From positions 544,001 to 608,000 of the forward strand of contig OY761556.1 of NCBI GenBank assembly GCA_963664705.1: a DNA stretch of 64,000 nt, written 5' to 3'. Below are positions 19,553 through 29,760 of the stretch, piece by piece. Each line of letters opens with the position of its first letter. Positions within the stretch are counted from its first letter, which is position 1. The stretch is from Acidobacteriota bacterium. Lineage in GTDB: Bacteria; Acidobacteriota; UBA6911. The position numbers and the translations under genes were made by a program. The notes beneath the pieces are model-generated. The model was not told the origin of the DNA. It ran no database searches and saw only the letters and a list, made by a program, of their open reading frames with translations.

Positions 19553-22198
19553 ATGAGACAAATCCTGATCAATAATAATGGAGCTATCGTTGCCCGCATG
19601 CCCAGACCGCCTATTGAAAGGGGATGTGTGCTTGTACGGGTTCGTTTTTCACTTATCAGCGTTGGGACCGAGCTGGCCCCGCTGCGAGCTGCCGGCGCAA
19701 AGGAGGAAACAACACCTTCGGAACGCGCAAAACAATACTCGCAGCTTGCCTATACCTACCTGGGAAAGGCTGTTCGCAACCCGCGTCTGGCGGCACGCAG
19801 GGTCGCCGGCATAGCGCAAAATAAACTATCCGGGTGGATACGCAGGGATCCGGCCATGGTGCCTGCGCTGGAGACGGAAGGCATTTCCTGGACACGCTGC
19901 GGTGCAAAGCGCTTTGAAAAGAATGGCGATCTCCTGGAACTGGTTACCGACACGTCCCAATTTGGATACCAGGTCATTACACAGGCAATTCCCATTTCCC
20001 CCGGCAAATCTCCCGTAGTTGAAGTGCGCGGGCGTGTTCAAGCAGGATCTATTTGTATCGGTTTATTGAATGAAGATCAAAGCGGATGGCTCGGCAGCCG
20101 CAATTATGACGCGGGGCCTTTCGAAGATCAGTTGATTTTCAACCAGGGCAGCTCAAGCCAATGCACGCTTGTGATCGCCAATGCGGGGACATCGGAGGAA
20201 GCTCGCGCGAGCATCTCGTCGGTCCGCGTCCTGATGGCTTCCGGCGAACCGGGTGGATTGCCGTTGACGGAGCTTGATGATCAGGGTTGGGGAGTCGGCT
20301 ATTCTGCCGCGGGAGAAGTGGTTGGGATTGGGGAAGGAATAACGGATTTGACGGTCGGAGACCGAGTCGCCTGCGCAGGAGCGGGGAAGGCAAATCACGC
20401 CGATTTTATCTCGGTTCCGCGCAATCTGGTTTGTCGAGTGCCGGATCATTGCGATCTGAAGACGGCGGCGACCACCACAGTCGGCACCATCGCACTCCAG
20501 GGGGTAAGACGAACATTACCTCAACTCGGCGACAATATCTGTGTCCTGGGACTCGGGTTGATCGGGCAACTTACGGTTCAAATGCTGCGGGCGAACGGAT
20601 GCAAAGTGATTGGCTTTGACATGGACGCAGCCCGAGTAAAGCGCGCCCTTGATCAAGGCATGGACTATGGAGCGTCGGAAGAGGCGATCCTCAAGCAACT
20701 GGTGCGGGATGCCACCGGAGGATACGGCGCTGATCGGACAATTATTACCGCCGCAACCAAATCCGATGCCGTCGTTAATCTTGCCATGGAAACGACGCGT
20801 GCCAAAGGCGCGGTTGTGATTGTCGGCGATATCGGACTTAATGTCCGAAGAGAAGTTTTCTACCGCAAGGAAATCGATTTGTTGATGAGCACTTCGTACG
20901 GACCAGGCCGCTACGACCGTTCCTACGAAGAAGGCGGGCACGATTATCCGGTTGGATATGTGCGCTGGACATTGAACCGAAACATGCAGGCATACTTGGA
21001 CCTGGCCTCTGCGGGCCGGATCAACCCCGGGGTGCTGATTGACCGGATTGCCTCCGTGGATAATGCCCCCGAACTCTATCGGTCGCTGGCGGAGAGTCGA
21101 GCGGAAATGCCTCTCGGCGTTCTCATCTGCTATCCTGACGACACCCGATCGCTTGAAGAACCTTCGAATGCGACGCGAATAACGATTCGAGGTCACAAAA
21201 AGCCTGCGGGAGAACCTATTCACTATGCGCTGGTCGGCGCCGGCGCTTTCGGAACCTCCATGCTGGTTCCCGCCCTGCAGAAGGTCCAGGGGAAGTTTTT
21301 CCTTCGGGGGCTTGTAAGCCGCAATTCCACTGCAGCCGGAAACTTCGTGCGTGCGAACCGCGTAGAAGTTCTGGCGAGCGATCTGGATGACATACTTAAA
21401 GACCCGAATTTTGACCTGATCGTGATCGCCACGCGTCACCATGAACATGCCTCGCAAACGATTCGCAGCCTGAAAGCCGGCAAACATGTATTTGTCGAAA
21501 AACCGCTTGCCGTGGATTGGGAAGAACTGGGCGAGATTGTCAGTACCTATCAAGGCCTGTCCGAAAAACCGATTCTGATGGTGGGGTTTAACCGCCGTTT
21601 CTCCCCGGCATTGCAGATGCTGAAGGAAGTGACCGCAAAGCGGCAATCTCCCTGCATTATCAACTATCGTTTGAATGGGGGGTACATTCCTCCGGATCAC
21701 TGGATCCAAAATGAGCAGGGAAAAGGCCGGAACATAGGCGAAGCCTGCCATATGTACGACGCGTTTCGATTTCTGGCGGGAAGCGCCGTGGTTTCCATTG
21801 CGGCAACAGCCATTAATCCCAAGGCTACCCCTTATCTGCGCAATGATAACTTCGCGGCCACCGTGGGCTATGCTGATGGAAGCGTTGGAAATTTGATATA
21901 TACTTCGCTCGGCCCCAAACAGGGGTTACCCAAGGAGCGGGTGGAGCTTTTCTGCGACGGCGATGCCTATATTCTCGACGACTTCAAGAGTCTTACTCGC
22001 GCAAGCGATGGCAACATTCTGTGGCAGAGTCCCACTGTGGATAAAGGGCATCAGGAGGAAATGAACAGGTTCGGTGCGGCCATTGAAGGCGAATCCGCGC
22101 CTATCCCCTTTGATGAGTTGATCGAATCGACGGCCGTTGCCTTGCACATCGAGGACCTTCTTCATGGCCGATCGGGAGTGTCGGATGACGAATCGTGA
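19553..22198 (+). CDS. Bi-domain oxidoreductase (MDR-type dehydrogenase + Gfo/Idh/MocA) with an inserted beta-rich domain
   Basis: SLISVGTE, GYSAAG, GDRVACAG, GLGLIG, SYGPGRYD..YE..G.DYP.GYVRWT; second domain GAGAFG, HVFVEKP, VGFNRRFSP, GEACH..D. Confidence 0.9.
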   Translation: MRQILINNNGAIVARMPRPPIERGCVLVRVRFSLISVGTELAPLRAAGAKEETTPSERAKQYSQLAYTYLGKAVRNPRLAARRVAGIAQNKLSGWIRRDPAMVPALETEGISWTRCGAKRFEKNGDLLELVTDTSQFGYQVITQAIPISPGKSPVVEVRGRVQAGSICIGLLNEDQSGWLGSRNYDAGPFEDQLIFNQGSSSQCTLVIANAGTSEEARASISSVRVLMASGEPGGLPLTELDDQGWGVGYSAAGEVVGIGEGITDLTVGDRVACAGAGKANHADFISVPRNLVCRVPDHCDLKTAATTTVGTIALQGVRRTLPQLGDNICVLGLGLIGQLTVQMLRANGCKVIGFDMDAARVKRALDQGMDYGASEEAILKQLVRDATGGYGADRTIITAATKSDAVVNLAMETTRAKGAVVIVGDIGLNVRREVFYRKEIDLLMSTSYGPGRYDRSYEEGGHDYPVGYVRWTLNRNMQAYLDLASAGRINPGVLIDRIASVDNAPELYRSLAESRAEMPLGVLICYPDDTRSLEEPSNATRITIRGHKKPAGEPIHYALVGAGAFGTSMLVPALQKVQGKFFLRGLVSRNSTAAGNFVRANRVEVLASDLDDILKDPNFDLIVIATRHHEHASQTIRSLKAGKHVFVEKPLAVDWEELGEIVSTYQGLSEKPILMVGFNRRFSPALQMLKEVTAKRQSPCIINYRLNGGYIPPDHWIQNEQGKGRNIGEACHMYDAFRFLAGSAVVSIAATAINPKATPYLRNDNFAATVGYADGSVGNLIYTSLGPKQGLPKERVELFCDGDAYILDDFKSLTRASDGNILWQSPTVDKGHQEEMNRFGAAIEGESAPIPFDELIESTAVALHIEDLLHGRSGVSDDES

Positions 22199-24806
22199 AA
22201 CCTACCTCTTAACCACGGCAACCTTCGACAAAGTTGGAGAGTTCTGGGATAGCCGGTTAGCTTCTTTTCTGGAGAGGCACACCTATGTATTGCCGGCGGC
22301 CACTCTTCGGAATGCCAGCGATCCGTGCAGCGAACTGGAGCTCATGGGTGGCAGGGGCATCGTATTTCAGATGTCGCGGGGGACTCCGGGCCGGCATCAG
22401 TTGCAGGCAGCGGGCCGTGTATTGAAGTCGGGGAAAAAGGTTTGGTTCTACTGGCCCGATGAATCGGCGATCGAGTATATAGATAGGGAACGCCTCGGAA
22501 GTTGCTGGAGACTCTGGTTTGCTGCAAAAGCATTCGGGAAACTGGGACGGCACGCTGATCCTGCAGCCGCAACGCAGGCGGATCCCCTGCCCCTGTCTTT
22601 CTCGAATGATCAGAATGCCGAATGCGAGTCTCTGCTCAGCCAGGCAAAAGCAGTCTCCTTCCCCAGTCTGGATAGGCAGCCCTCGTTTGAAAAGCCGCTG
22701 GATGGCACCGGGATGTATTTGAGGACGGACTTCTGGGCGCCCATAACTTCCGGCGGAAGTTATGGTCACACGTGCTATGTGGCCGCCGCGCTGTCTCGCG
22801 TTACGCGGAATCTTGTGTGCTTCATGCCGCATCGCTATTCGCTCCTCGATGAACTGGGGTTGCACCAGGTCGTTCTGGACAAGCCCAGCCGGGATTGCGG
22901 CGAAATCGATCTCGTGCGCGCCAATGCGAATTACTATCACCAGCTAAAAGCGGCAGCGGCTGCATTGAGACCGCTCTATATTTATGAGCGTCTGTGCCTG
23001 GGAAATTATGTGGGCGCAAAGCTCAGCCTTGAACTCGGGATTCCCTATATCGCCGAATACAATGGTTCTGAAATATCGATGAACCGAAGTTTTGGGGGAA
23101 CCGGATTCGCTTACGAGCAGTTCTTTCTGAAGGCGGAACAGGCGGCGTTTCGGCAGGCCAGCCTCATATCGGTCATATCTGATGCCGTTCGCGACGATCT
23201 CATCGGCAGGGGCGTTGATCGGTCCAAAATTCTGGTGAATCCGAACGGTGTTGACCTGCAAGCTTATCGGCCCGCTGTTCTTGAGGAAAAACTGAAGCTG
23301 AGATCGGAATTTGGCTTCGACGACCGACACACTGTTCTGGGTTTTACCGGTACTTTTGGGGGATGGCACGGGATCGATATTCTTGCAGAGGCAATCCCCC
23401 GGATCTGCTCCTTGTTTCCTGAAGCCAGATTCCTGCTTATTGGAGACGGCAATTACAAGCACCTGGTCGATGAAAAGGTCAAACAGCACAATCTGGCGGA
23501 AAGAGTGATTTCCACGGGCAGAGTCCCGCAGGTTGACGGGGCACGCTATTTGCGGGCCTGTGATATCTACCTGTCGCCCCATAACAAGCACATGGTGGAC
23601 AGTCGTTTCTTTGGCTCGCCGACCAAAATTTTTGAATATATGGCCTTGGGCGGCGGCATTGTCGCCAGCGACCTGGAACAAATCGGAGAGGTTCTTTCCC
23701 CGGCGCTGCCGGCAAACAGCCTGCCCGCATCCGGCTCAAATATCACCGATGAACGCTCGGTTCTGTGTGCTCCCGGAAACCTGGATGAATTCGTCTCTGG
23801 CACGGGTTATTTAATCTCTCATCCGGATGTCCGGCTACGGCTGGGGCAGAATGCACGCAAAGCGGCGGCTCGCTATTATTCCTGGGATCGGAATGTCGCG
23901 GATCTGTGGCGCGCTCTTCGGAAAGAAACCATGGAGCTCGAGCCGGGCAGGAAACTAACGACCGCGGGACCGGGGGCAGGCCAGACCGTTGAGGAAGGGG
24001 ACGGGGCAGACGATCCCTATAAAAAACGGGCGCAAAAGCAATGGGACAATGACCCTTGTGGCTCGCACTATGCGCGCAATACTTCACCCAGAACGTTGGA
24101 TTGGTTTCTGGAAGTGGAGCAATACCGTTACGGTAAATATGCTCCCTGGATGCCCGAAATTATGGAATTTTCAAAACACCGGGGCCAGCGCGTTCTTGAA
24201 ATCGGCGGAGGAATGGGCACCGATCTTGCTCAGTTTGCCAAAGCAGGTGCCATCGTGACCGACGTAGACCTTTCCGCTGGACACCTCGAGCTTGCTCAGG
24301 AAAATTTCAGGTTGAGAAATCTGACCGGGACTTTCCTGCAACACGATGCGGAGTCTTTGCCATTCGACGATGCGTCATTCGATCTTGTTTACAGCAACGG
24401 CGTAATCCACCACACCCCAAACACCCTTCAGGTGATTCGCGAGATGTATCGCGTGTTAAAACCGGGAGGCCGCGCTATCGTGATGGTGTATGCGGAGAAC
24501 TCCTTCGTTTATTGGATCCAGCTGGTCTATATTCTCGGAGTGCGTTCCCGGCTACTGGATCAATATTCCATGGGCGAGATCATGTCACGCCACGTTGAGC
24601 TCTCGCAAAGTGATGCCCGCCCTCTTGTAAAGGTGTACACCAGGTCCAGAATTGGCCGACATTTTGATAAGTTTGAAAATATCCGTGTCATCAAGCGACA
24701 GATGACTCCGGAGGAACTGCCGGCAAAACTCAAATGGATCCCGGTAGGGATCGCAGGTCGAATCATGGGTTGGAATCTGGTCGTGAAGGCTAAGAAGCCT
24801 TTATAG
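22185..24806 (+). CDS. GT4 glycosyltransferase fused to a class I SAM methyltransferase
   Basis: PNGVD, GFTGTFGGWHG, SPTKIFEYMA (GT4); VLEIGGGMGTD, DAESLPF.DASFD.VYS.GV.HH, RVLKPGG (MTase). Confidence 0.9.
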   Translation: MTNRETYLLTTATFDKVGEFWDSRLASFLERHTYVLPAATLRNASDPCSELELMGGRGIVFQMSRGTPGRHQLQAAGRVLKSGKKVWFYWPDESAIEYIDRERLGSCWRLWFAAKAFGKLGRHADPAAATQADPLPLSFSNDQNAECESLLSQAKAVSFPSLDRQPSFEKPLDGTGMYLRTDFWAPITSGGSYGHTCYVAAALSRVTRNLVCFMPHRYSLLDELGLHQVVLDKPSRDCGEIDLVRANANYYHQLKAAAAALRPLYIYERLCLGNYVGAKLSLELGIPYIAEYNGSEISMNRSFGGTGFAYEQFFLKAEQAAFRQASLISVISDAVRDDLIGRGVDRSKILVNPNGVDLQAYRPAVLEEKLKLRSEFGFDDRHTVLGFTGTFGGWHGIDILAEAIPRICSLFPEARFLLIGDGNYKHLVDEKVKQHNLAERVISTGRVPQVDGARYLRACDIYLSPHNKHMVDSRFFGSPTKIFEYMALGGGIVASDLEQIGEVLSPALPANSLPASGSNITDERSVLCAPGNLDEFVSGTGYLISHPDVRLRLGQNARKAAARYYSWDRNVADLWRALRKETMELEPGRKLTTAGPGAGQTVEEGDGADDPYKKRAQKQWDNDPCGSHYARNTSPRTLDWFLEVEQYRYGKYAPWMPEIMEFSKHRGQRVLEIGGGMGTDLAQFAKAGAIVTDVDLSAGHLELAQENFRLRNLTGTFLQHDAESLPFDDASFDLVYSNGVIHHTPNTLQVIREMYRVLKPGGRAIVMVYAENSFVYWIQLVYILGVRSRLLDQYSMGEIMSRHVELSQSDARPLVKVYTRSRIGRHFDKFENIRVIKRQMTPEELPAKLKWIPVGIAGRIMGWNLVVKAKKPL

Positions 24807-24865
24807 AATCATCTCTCTGGTCCCGGCAACTGACATCCCGTCTGCTGATTAAAAGGTGAAAAACA

Positions 24866-26998
24866 GTGAGGAATCTGCTGACAATGCGGTCACCTCTCAA
24901 TCCCGGATCGCTGATTCGCCGCGCCGCGGAAAAGGGGAGGAGTCTGATCCGCCGGGCTGATCAGATCGGTGAACTTATTTGGGAAAGAAAGAAATATCAC
25001 TTTCCTTCGCAGCCGAGCACGGCAGAAATGACGGCGCGCCTGTTGAGAATGGGCGTGCCTGGCTTTTCAGAGTACGCCTACGGACAGATGGTAGGAAGTT
25101 ACGGTGCGCGAACATTCGTCGCATTGGACAAGCAACGCATTGTCGATACGCTCCGCTCCCGATACCCCGGCGAAGTTGAGTCTATTCTGGCGATTGCTGA
25201 ACGCATTCTACATGGCCGGTTCGAGGTGCTCGGCAGCGACCTTGCGGATCTTCGCCGAGGCGCACGGGGTAGAGGCTCCGCAATAACATGGAATCTTGAT
25301 CCGATCAGCGGTAAACAATTCGCGAATGTTTTTAACCATTGGCGCTGGAATCCGGGGATGCTGACCAGCGGTGCCGATATCAAAGGACCATGGGAAATCG
25401 GGCGCTGCCAGCATTTTGTTGTACTTGGCCAGGCATATTGGCTGACCAATGACAGGCGCTTTTCCCGCTGCTTTGCGGAAACCATACAGGATTTCCTTAA
25501 ACACAACCCGCCCGGATTCGGAGTGCAATGGGCTTGCACAATGGATGTGGCTTTGCGCGTGGTGAGTTGGATTGCCGGCCTGTCATTTTTTCAAAATGCT
25601 CCCGAACTGGGGATCCGGTGGTGGCGCATGTTTTTGAAAGGCCTTGCCGAGCACGGAACATTCATCGCTGCGAACCTCGAGTTCGGAACGATGAACGGTG
25701 AAATAATCACGTCAAATCACTACCTGTCCAACCTCCTGGGCCTATATTGGCTGGCATTGGCATTTCCGCACCTTGATGCCGGCTGTGTCTGGCGCGGAAT
25801 CGCTGAAAACGCTCTCGAACAGGAAATTCAGAAGCAGATCCATCCCGACGGCGGAGACTTCGAGTCGAGCGTACCCTATCAACGGCTTGTGATCGAAATA
25901 TTTCTCTCGGCTTTTGCACTGTCGGTGCACCATGGAGTGCCGCTGTCGGCCGCGTATCGTGCGCGCCTGCTGAAGGGGCTCGAGTTTGTCGCCGGCTTGC
26001 GGCAGGAAAACGGACGCGTGCCGCAGATTGGGGATGCAGACAACGGAAGGGCCCACGTTTTCACGCGCTATGGTGTGTGGCGCCAGGAGAGCATGGATCA
26101 TTTGCTCGTTGCCGGAGCGCATATCCTCAAATGCCCTGAACTCGCCGCTTCAGTTCCGGAAGCGGAGCAGCTTGAGGTACTATTTTGGGGACCAGCGCCG
26201 GAGGTACAGACTTCCAGCCCTACGCCAAAGAGGCTCGAGGTTTTTCCGAATACCGGGATTGCCATAATGCGGGCCAAGGACACCTATGTAGCGATGAGCA
26301 ACAGCATCGTTGGCACCCGCGGGTTTGGCAACCATAAACACAACGATCAACTGGCAATCGAATGGATCATCGGGAAGCAGCCGCTCGCCGTCGATGGCGG
26401 CAGCTACATTTATACACGCGATCCCGAATCCAGAAATCTATTTCGGAGCACCGCCACCCACAATACCGTCATGGTGGACGGCTTGGAACAGAATACGTTC
26501 GACAAAAGCAGGCTGTTCAAGATGGACCAGCAGGGTGTCGCCACGTTCATGGACTCGCGGTCTCAAGACTTTGCGGTCGGCGTCGCCGGGAGACATACGG
26601 CGTATTGCCGGCTGGATGCGCCGCTCGTACATGTGCGCCGCGTGCTGTTGCGGACCGACGGTGGCATGCTGCTGGACGATCTCTTTGAAGGCCCTCCGGA
26701 GCACCGGTTGCGCTGGTACTTCTTGCTATATCCGGGAGTTTCGGTCAGGATTCAGGACGGCATTGTTGAGCTGTCCGGTCCGGAAGGGGGCGGCGTCATT
26801 AATGCTGCGTCCGGGCTTCAATTTCGCAGCGAGCCGGGATGGTATTCCGATGGCTATGGCAGCCGGATCCGAACCTCGGCGCTTGTGGGCGAGATGGACC
26901 ATTGTCCGCCGAGGATGTCTTTATTATTTTTGCCTGCAGGTTGTCCCGGCACAGACCTGGCGGACGCGATTGCATTAGCGGACCGGTTCTGGGCTTGA
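24866..26998 (+). CDS. Heparinase II/III-family protein
   Basis: DIKGPWE..R.QH, NPPG.GV.W, SNHY, DGG.FE.S..YQ, GDADNGR, H.HND.L, VDGGSY.Y, RST..HNT..VDG. Confidence 0.88.
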   Translation: MRNLLTMRSPLNPGSLIRRAAEKGRSLIRRADQIGELIWERKKYHFPSQPSTAEMTARLLRMGVPGFSEYAYGQMVGSYGARTFVALDKQRIVDTLRSRYPGEVESILAIAERILHGRFEVLGSDLADLRRGARGRGSAITWNLDPISGKQFANVFNHWRWNPGMLTSGADIKGPWEIGRCQHFVVLGQAYWLTNDRRFSRCFAETIQDFLKHNPPGFGVQWACTMDVALRVVSWIAGLSFFQNAPELGIRWWRMFLKGLAEHGTFIAANLEFGTMNGEIITSNHYLSNLLGLYWLALAFPHLDAGCVWRGIAENALEQEIQKQIHPDGGDFESSVPYQRLVIEIFLSAFALSVHHGVPLSAAYRARLLKGLEFVAGLRQENGRVPQIGDADNGRAHVFTRYGVWRQESMDHLLVAGAHILKCPELAASVPEAEQLEVLFWGPAPEVQTSSPTPKRLEVFPNTGIAIMRAKDTYVAMSNSIVGTRGFGNHKHNDQLAIEWIIGKQPLAVDGGSYIYTRDPESRNLFRSTATHNTVMVDGLEQNTFDKSRLFKMDQQGVATFMDSRSQDFAVGVAGRHTAYCRLDAPLVHVRRVLLRTDGGMLLDDLFEGPPEHRLRWYFLLYPGVSVRIQDGIVELSGPEGGGVINAASGLQFRSEPGWYSDGYGSRIRTSALVGEMDHCPPRMSLLFLPAGCPGTDLADAIALADRFWA

Positions 26999-27037
26999 AT
27001 TTTTGGATTTGGAACGAGATTCGCGCAGCTCTCTAAG

Positions 27038-27871
27038 ATGACGGGGTTGAAGATGCAAGCAGCAACAGCACATGAAAACCGGACATACGGCTTTATTAAA
27101 ACGCTGGTGCGTTACCGAAAGGTCATGCTCTCAACCATCCGCGTCGAAATGGCCAAGCGATATTCTGGATCATTCCTGGGAATGCTCTGGGTGCTGCTTT
27201 ATCCAGCTCTCTTGTTGTCTGTATATCTCTTCGTATACCTGGTTGTTTTCAAGATGCGATTTCCGGGTTACAGCCGGATGGATTATGTCCTTTACGTTTT
27301 CTGCGGCCTGATTCCCTATATCGGGTTTAGTGAAGCCATCACGATGGGGTGCGTTTCAATCAAGCAGAACATGCATCTGGTGAAAAATGTCATCCTGCCG
27401 ATTGAGCTGATTCCCGTGCGTGCCGTCGCCACAAGTCTTCCAAGCCAGTTCGTAAGCATGATCATTTTGGTTGCGCTGGTTGCTATGAACGGCGCTTTAT
27501 CCTGGCAACTGGCTGTGCTTCCATTGGTTATTTTGCTGCAGGTCATGTTTTTAATTGGGTTGGTCTTTATTTTGTCCTCTATCGCCGTCGCGCTGCCTGA
27601 CTTGGTGTATTTCGTTAATCTCTTTCTCCTGTTCCTCATGTTCGTATCTCCGATCGGATTCAAGCCGGAGATGCTTCCGTCCAGCTTCAGCTTCATGGTT
27701 TATCTCAATCCCATTTACTATATGGTGGAAGTTTTTCGGATCGCCATTCTCGGCGAACAGTCTCGTCTTTTTCTTGTGCCGGCGGTTTTTGTGCTGATGA
27801 GTCTGTGTGTGTTCTCTGCAGGCTGTGCATTTTTCTACAGATTCAAAGGTATTCTGGTGGACTATGAATGA
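27038..27871 (+). CDS. wzm: Polysaccharide ABC transporter permease
   Basis: RYSGSFLG.LW..L.P, six TM segments, SPI.F, LNP.YY. Confidence 0.88.
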   Translation: MTGLKMQAATAHENRTYGFIKTLVRYRKVMLSTIRVEMAKRYSGSFLGMLWVLLYPALLLSVYLFVYLVVFKMRFPGYSRMDYVLYVFCGLIPYIGFSEAITMGCVSIKQNMHLVKNVILPIELIPVRAVATSLPSQFVSMIILVALVAMNGALSWQLAVLPLVILLQVMFLIGLVFILSSIAVALPDLVYFVNLFLLFLMFVSPIGFKPEMLPSSFSFMVYLNPIYYMVEVFRIAILGEQSRLFLVPAVFVLMSLCVFSAGCAFFYRFKGILVDYE

Positions 27872-29675
27872 AGTTGTCGTCCGGGCAGAAAATCTGACGA
27901 AGATATACCGTCTATATTCGCGCCCCCATTATCGATTCCTCGACATGTTTGGAGCATTGGGCAACAAAGCGGGTGCCTACAGCGAACATGCGGCTCTCAA
28001 TGACATCAACCTTGAAATACGCTCGGGTGAGAAGGTGGCGGTTATCGGGCGGAATGGAGCTGGAAAGAGTACACTGCTGAAACTGATCACCCATGTCATT
28101 GAACCCACCTCGGGAAGCCTTGAAGTTAAGCAGGGCGTGCATGCACTGCTCCAGCTTGGCACCGGTTTTCATCCTGATTTTACGGGGAGAGAAAACGTCA
28201 CCTCCTATCTGGCACACCTGGGACTTGGTCCAAGAGAGGCTCGCAAAAAAATCCCGGAGGTTATCGAATTTTCCGAGCTTGAAGAGTACATCGATCAACC
28301 GATCAAGACGTATTCAACCGGAATGGTTGCACGCCTCATGTTCTCGGTCTCGACCGTGGTGACGCCGGATATCCTGGTGCTCGACGAGATCCTCGGCGTA
28401 GGGGATGCTTATTTTGCACAGAAGAGCTATGACCGCATGAAAGATCTTTGCAGCGGAAGCGGTACGACGCTGTTGCTCGTCTCGCATGATGTATATGGAG
28501 CATCCAAGCTTTGCGAGCGCATGATCTGGATCGATCGGGGTCGAGTCGTTATTGACGGCCTCAGCGCCGTTGTAATCAATGCCTATGAGGATAGCATCCG
28601 CGCGCAGGAAGAGCAGCGTCTTCGTCAGAAAAAACAGAACCGGCTGGCTGCGGCCCAAAGTGCGTTGAACGAGCCTCGACGGCGCAATCTGCTGCTCGAA
28701 ATAGGTGCCCGGCGCAATTTGCCGCTTCCATGTCCTGTTTACTTCAGTGATATTCACCTGTCCGATCTATCAGGATGGAGCGATGCTCTGCCGATAGCCG
28801 ATGCTTCTTCGCAACCGGAATCCGGTACTCATTTGGTATTAGAAGCCGGATGTTGGGGGGGAGCCGTTGAATGGCGGGGCAAAATGGCCAGAGCCATGCA
28901 GGATCACGGTTCGCCATTTCACAAAGTTTCAGGAATGTTCGCGCTCCCTGATTCCGTTAGCGCGGAAAGCCTGAAGACCTGCAAGCTGACAATCGATTAT
29001 TGTTCCGAGAGTGGCTGCGATGTCGCCTTGAGCGCCTTTCTGGGAGACACTGAGATCTATCTCGGTAACCTGCCGCATTCCCAGGGAGAATGGATCCGGC
29101 ATGAGATTGAATGCAAGCCTGTCGCGCGCACAGATGAAGCGCCTGGCCTGGCTGCTGGTATCAATCTTGAGGGCGTTCACGGATCCCATTCCATCCAGAT
29201 TACCGATGTGAGGGCTTACAACCATCTGGGCCAGGAGTCGCCTTTCGTTACTCATGGAATGCCGATGTCTCTCGAAATCGATTACAAAATCAGCCGACAG
29301 GATTTGCTTGAGCGGCCTCAGTTGCTGGTTGCATTTCACCGTGACGGCGTCGCAGATGCTCTGCGCGTTATCACCAAGGATCTTCTTTTCGATTATGCCA
29401 AGAGCGCTACCGGCTCGGTTCGTATGTGCCTTCCCAAACTCGGACTGGCAAACGGCACCTTCACAGTCTCGATTATGCTTGCGGCGGAAGGCTATTATGA
29501 TCGCCCTCAAACAATTTTTTACTCAATAAACCCGGAAGTTTATATGTGCCTTTCCCGGGTGCTGGAAATTGTCGTCAGCGGTGGCGGAATAGTCGGGACC
29601 GGGACTGGTTTTGTGGGCGAAGCGGATTGGTCTTTTGTAAGCTCAGCTCAAGATCAAACTCAAAGCGCGGGCTGA
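27864..29675 (+). CDS. wzt: Polysaccharide ABC transporter ATPase with an extended C-terminus (extra domain + Wzt-C-like domain)
   Basis: GRNGAGKST, GFHPDFTGREN, TYSTGM.ARL, ILVLDE, LVSHD; about 350 aa beyond the ABC domain. Confidence 0.9.
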   Translation: MNEVVVRAENLTKIYRLYSRPHYRFLDMFGALGNKAGAYSEHAALNDINLEIRSGEKVAVIGRNGAGKSTLLKLITHVIEPTSGSLEVKQGVHALLQLGTGFHPDFTGRENVTSYLAHLGLGPREARKKIPEVIEFSELEEYIDQPIKTYSTGMVARLMFSVSTVVTPDILVLDEILGVGDAYFAQKSYDRMKDLCSGSGTTLLLVSHDVYGASKLCERMIWIDRGRVVIDGLSAVVINAYEDSIRAQEEQRLRQKKQNRLAAAQSALNEPRRRNLLLEIGARRNLPLPCPVYFSDIHLSDLSGWSDALPIADASSQPESGTHLVLEAGCWGGAVEWRGKMARAMQDHGSPFHKVSGMFALPDSVSAESLKTCKLTIDYCSESGCDVALSAFLGDTEIYLGNLPHSQGEWIRHEIECKPVARTDEAPGLAAGINLEGVHGSHSIQITDVRAYNHLGQESPFVTHGMPMSLEIDYKISRQDLLERPQLLVAFHRDGVADALRVITKDLLFDYAKSATGSVRMCLPKLGLANGTFTVSIMLAAEGYYDRPQTIFYSINPEVYMCLSRVLEIVVSGGGIVGTGTGFVGEADWSFVSSAQDQTQSAG

Positions 29676-29760
29676 TTTTCGCGGTCCGGTGTTGTCGTCC
29701 GGCCAACCCGTACCGGATTTGAATCCGGCTCCAAAATGATCGGCACGTTTGCTAAATGAA

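Noticed and set aside
20516-21751. 411-aa antisense ORF inside the oxidoreductase
   Set aside because: Fully overlaps a well-supported gene and has no motifs; typical shadow ORF of GC-rich coding DNA.
29681-29733. tRNA-like look (GTCCGGCCAAC, CCGGATTTGAATCCGG, ending CCA)
   Set aside because: Too short, no anticodon arm, no TTCGA T-loop and no acceptor-stem pairing; just a small hairpin.
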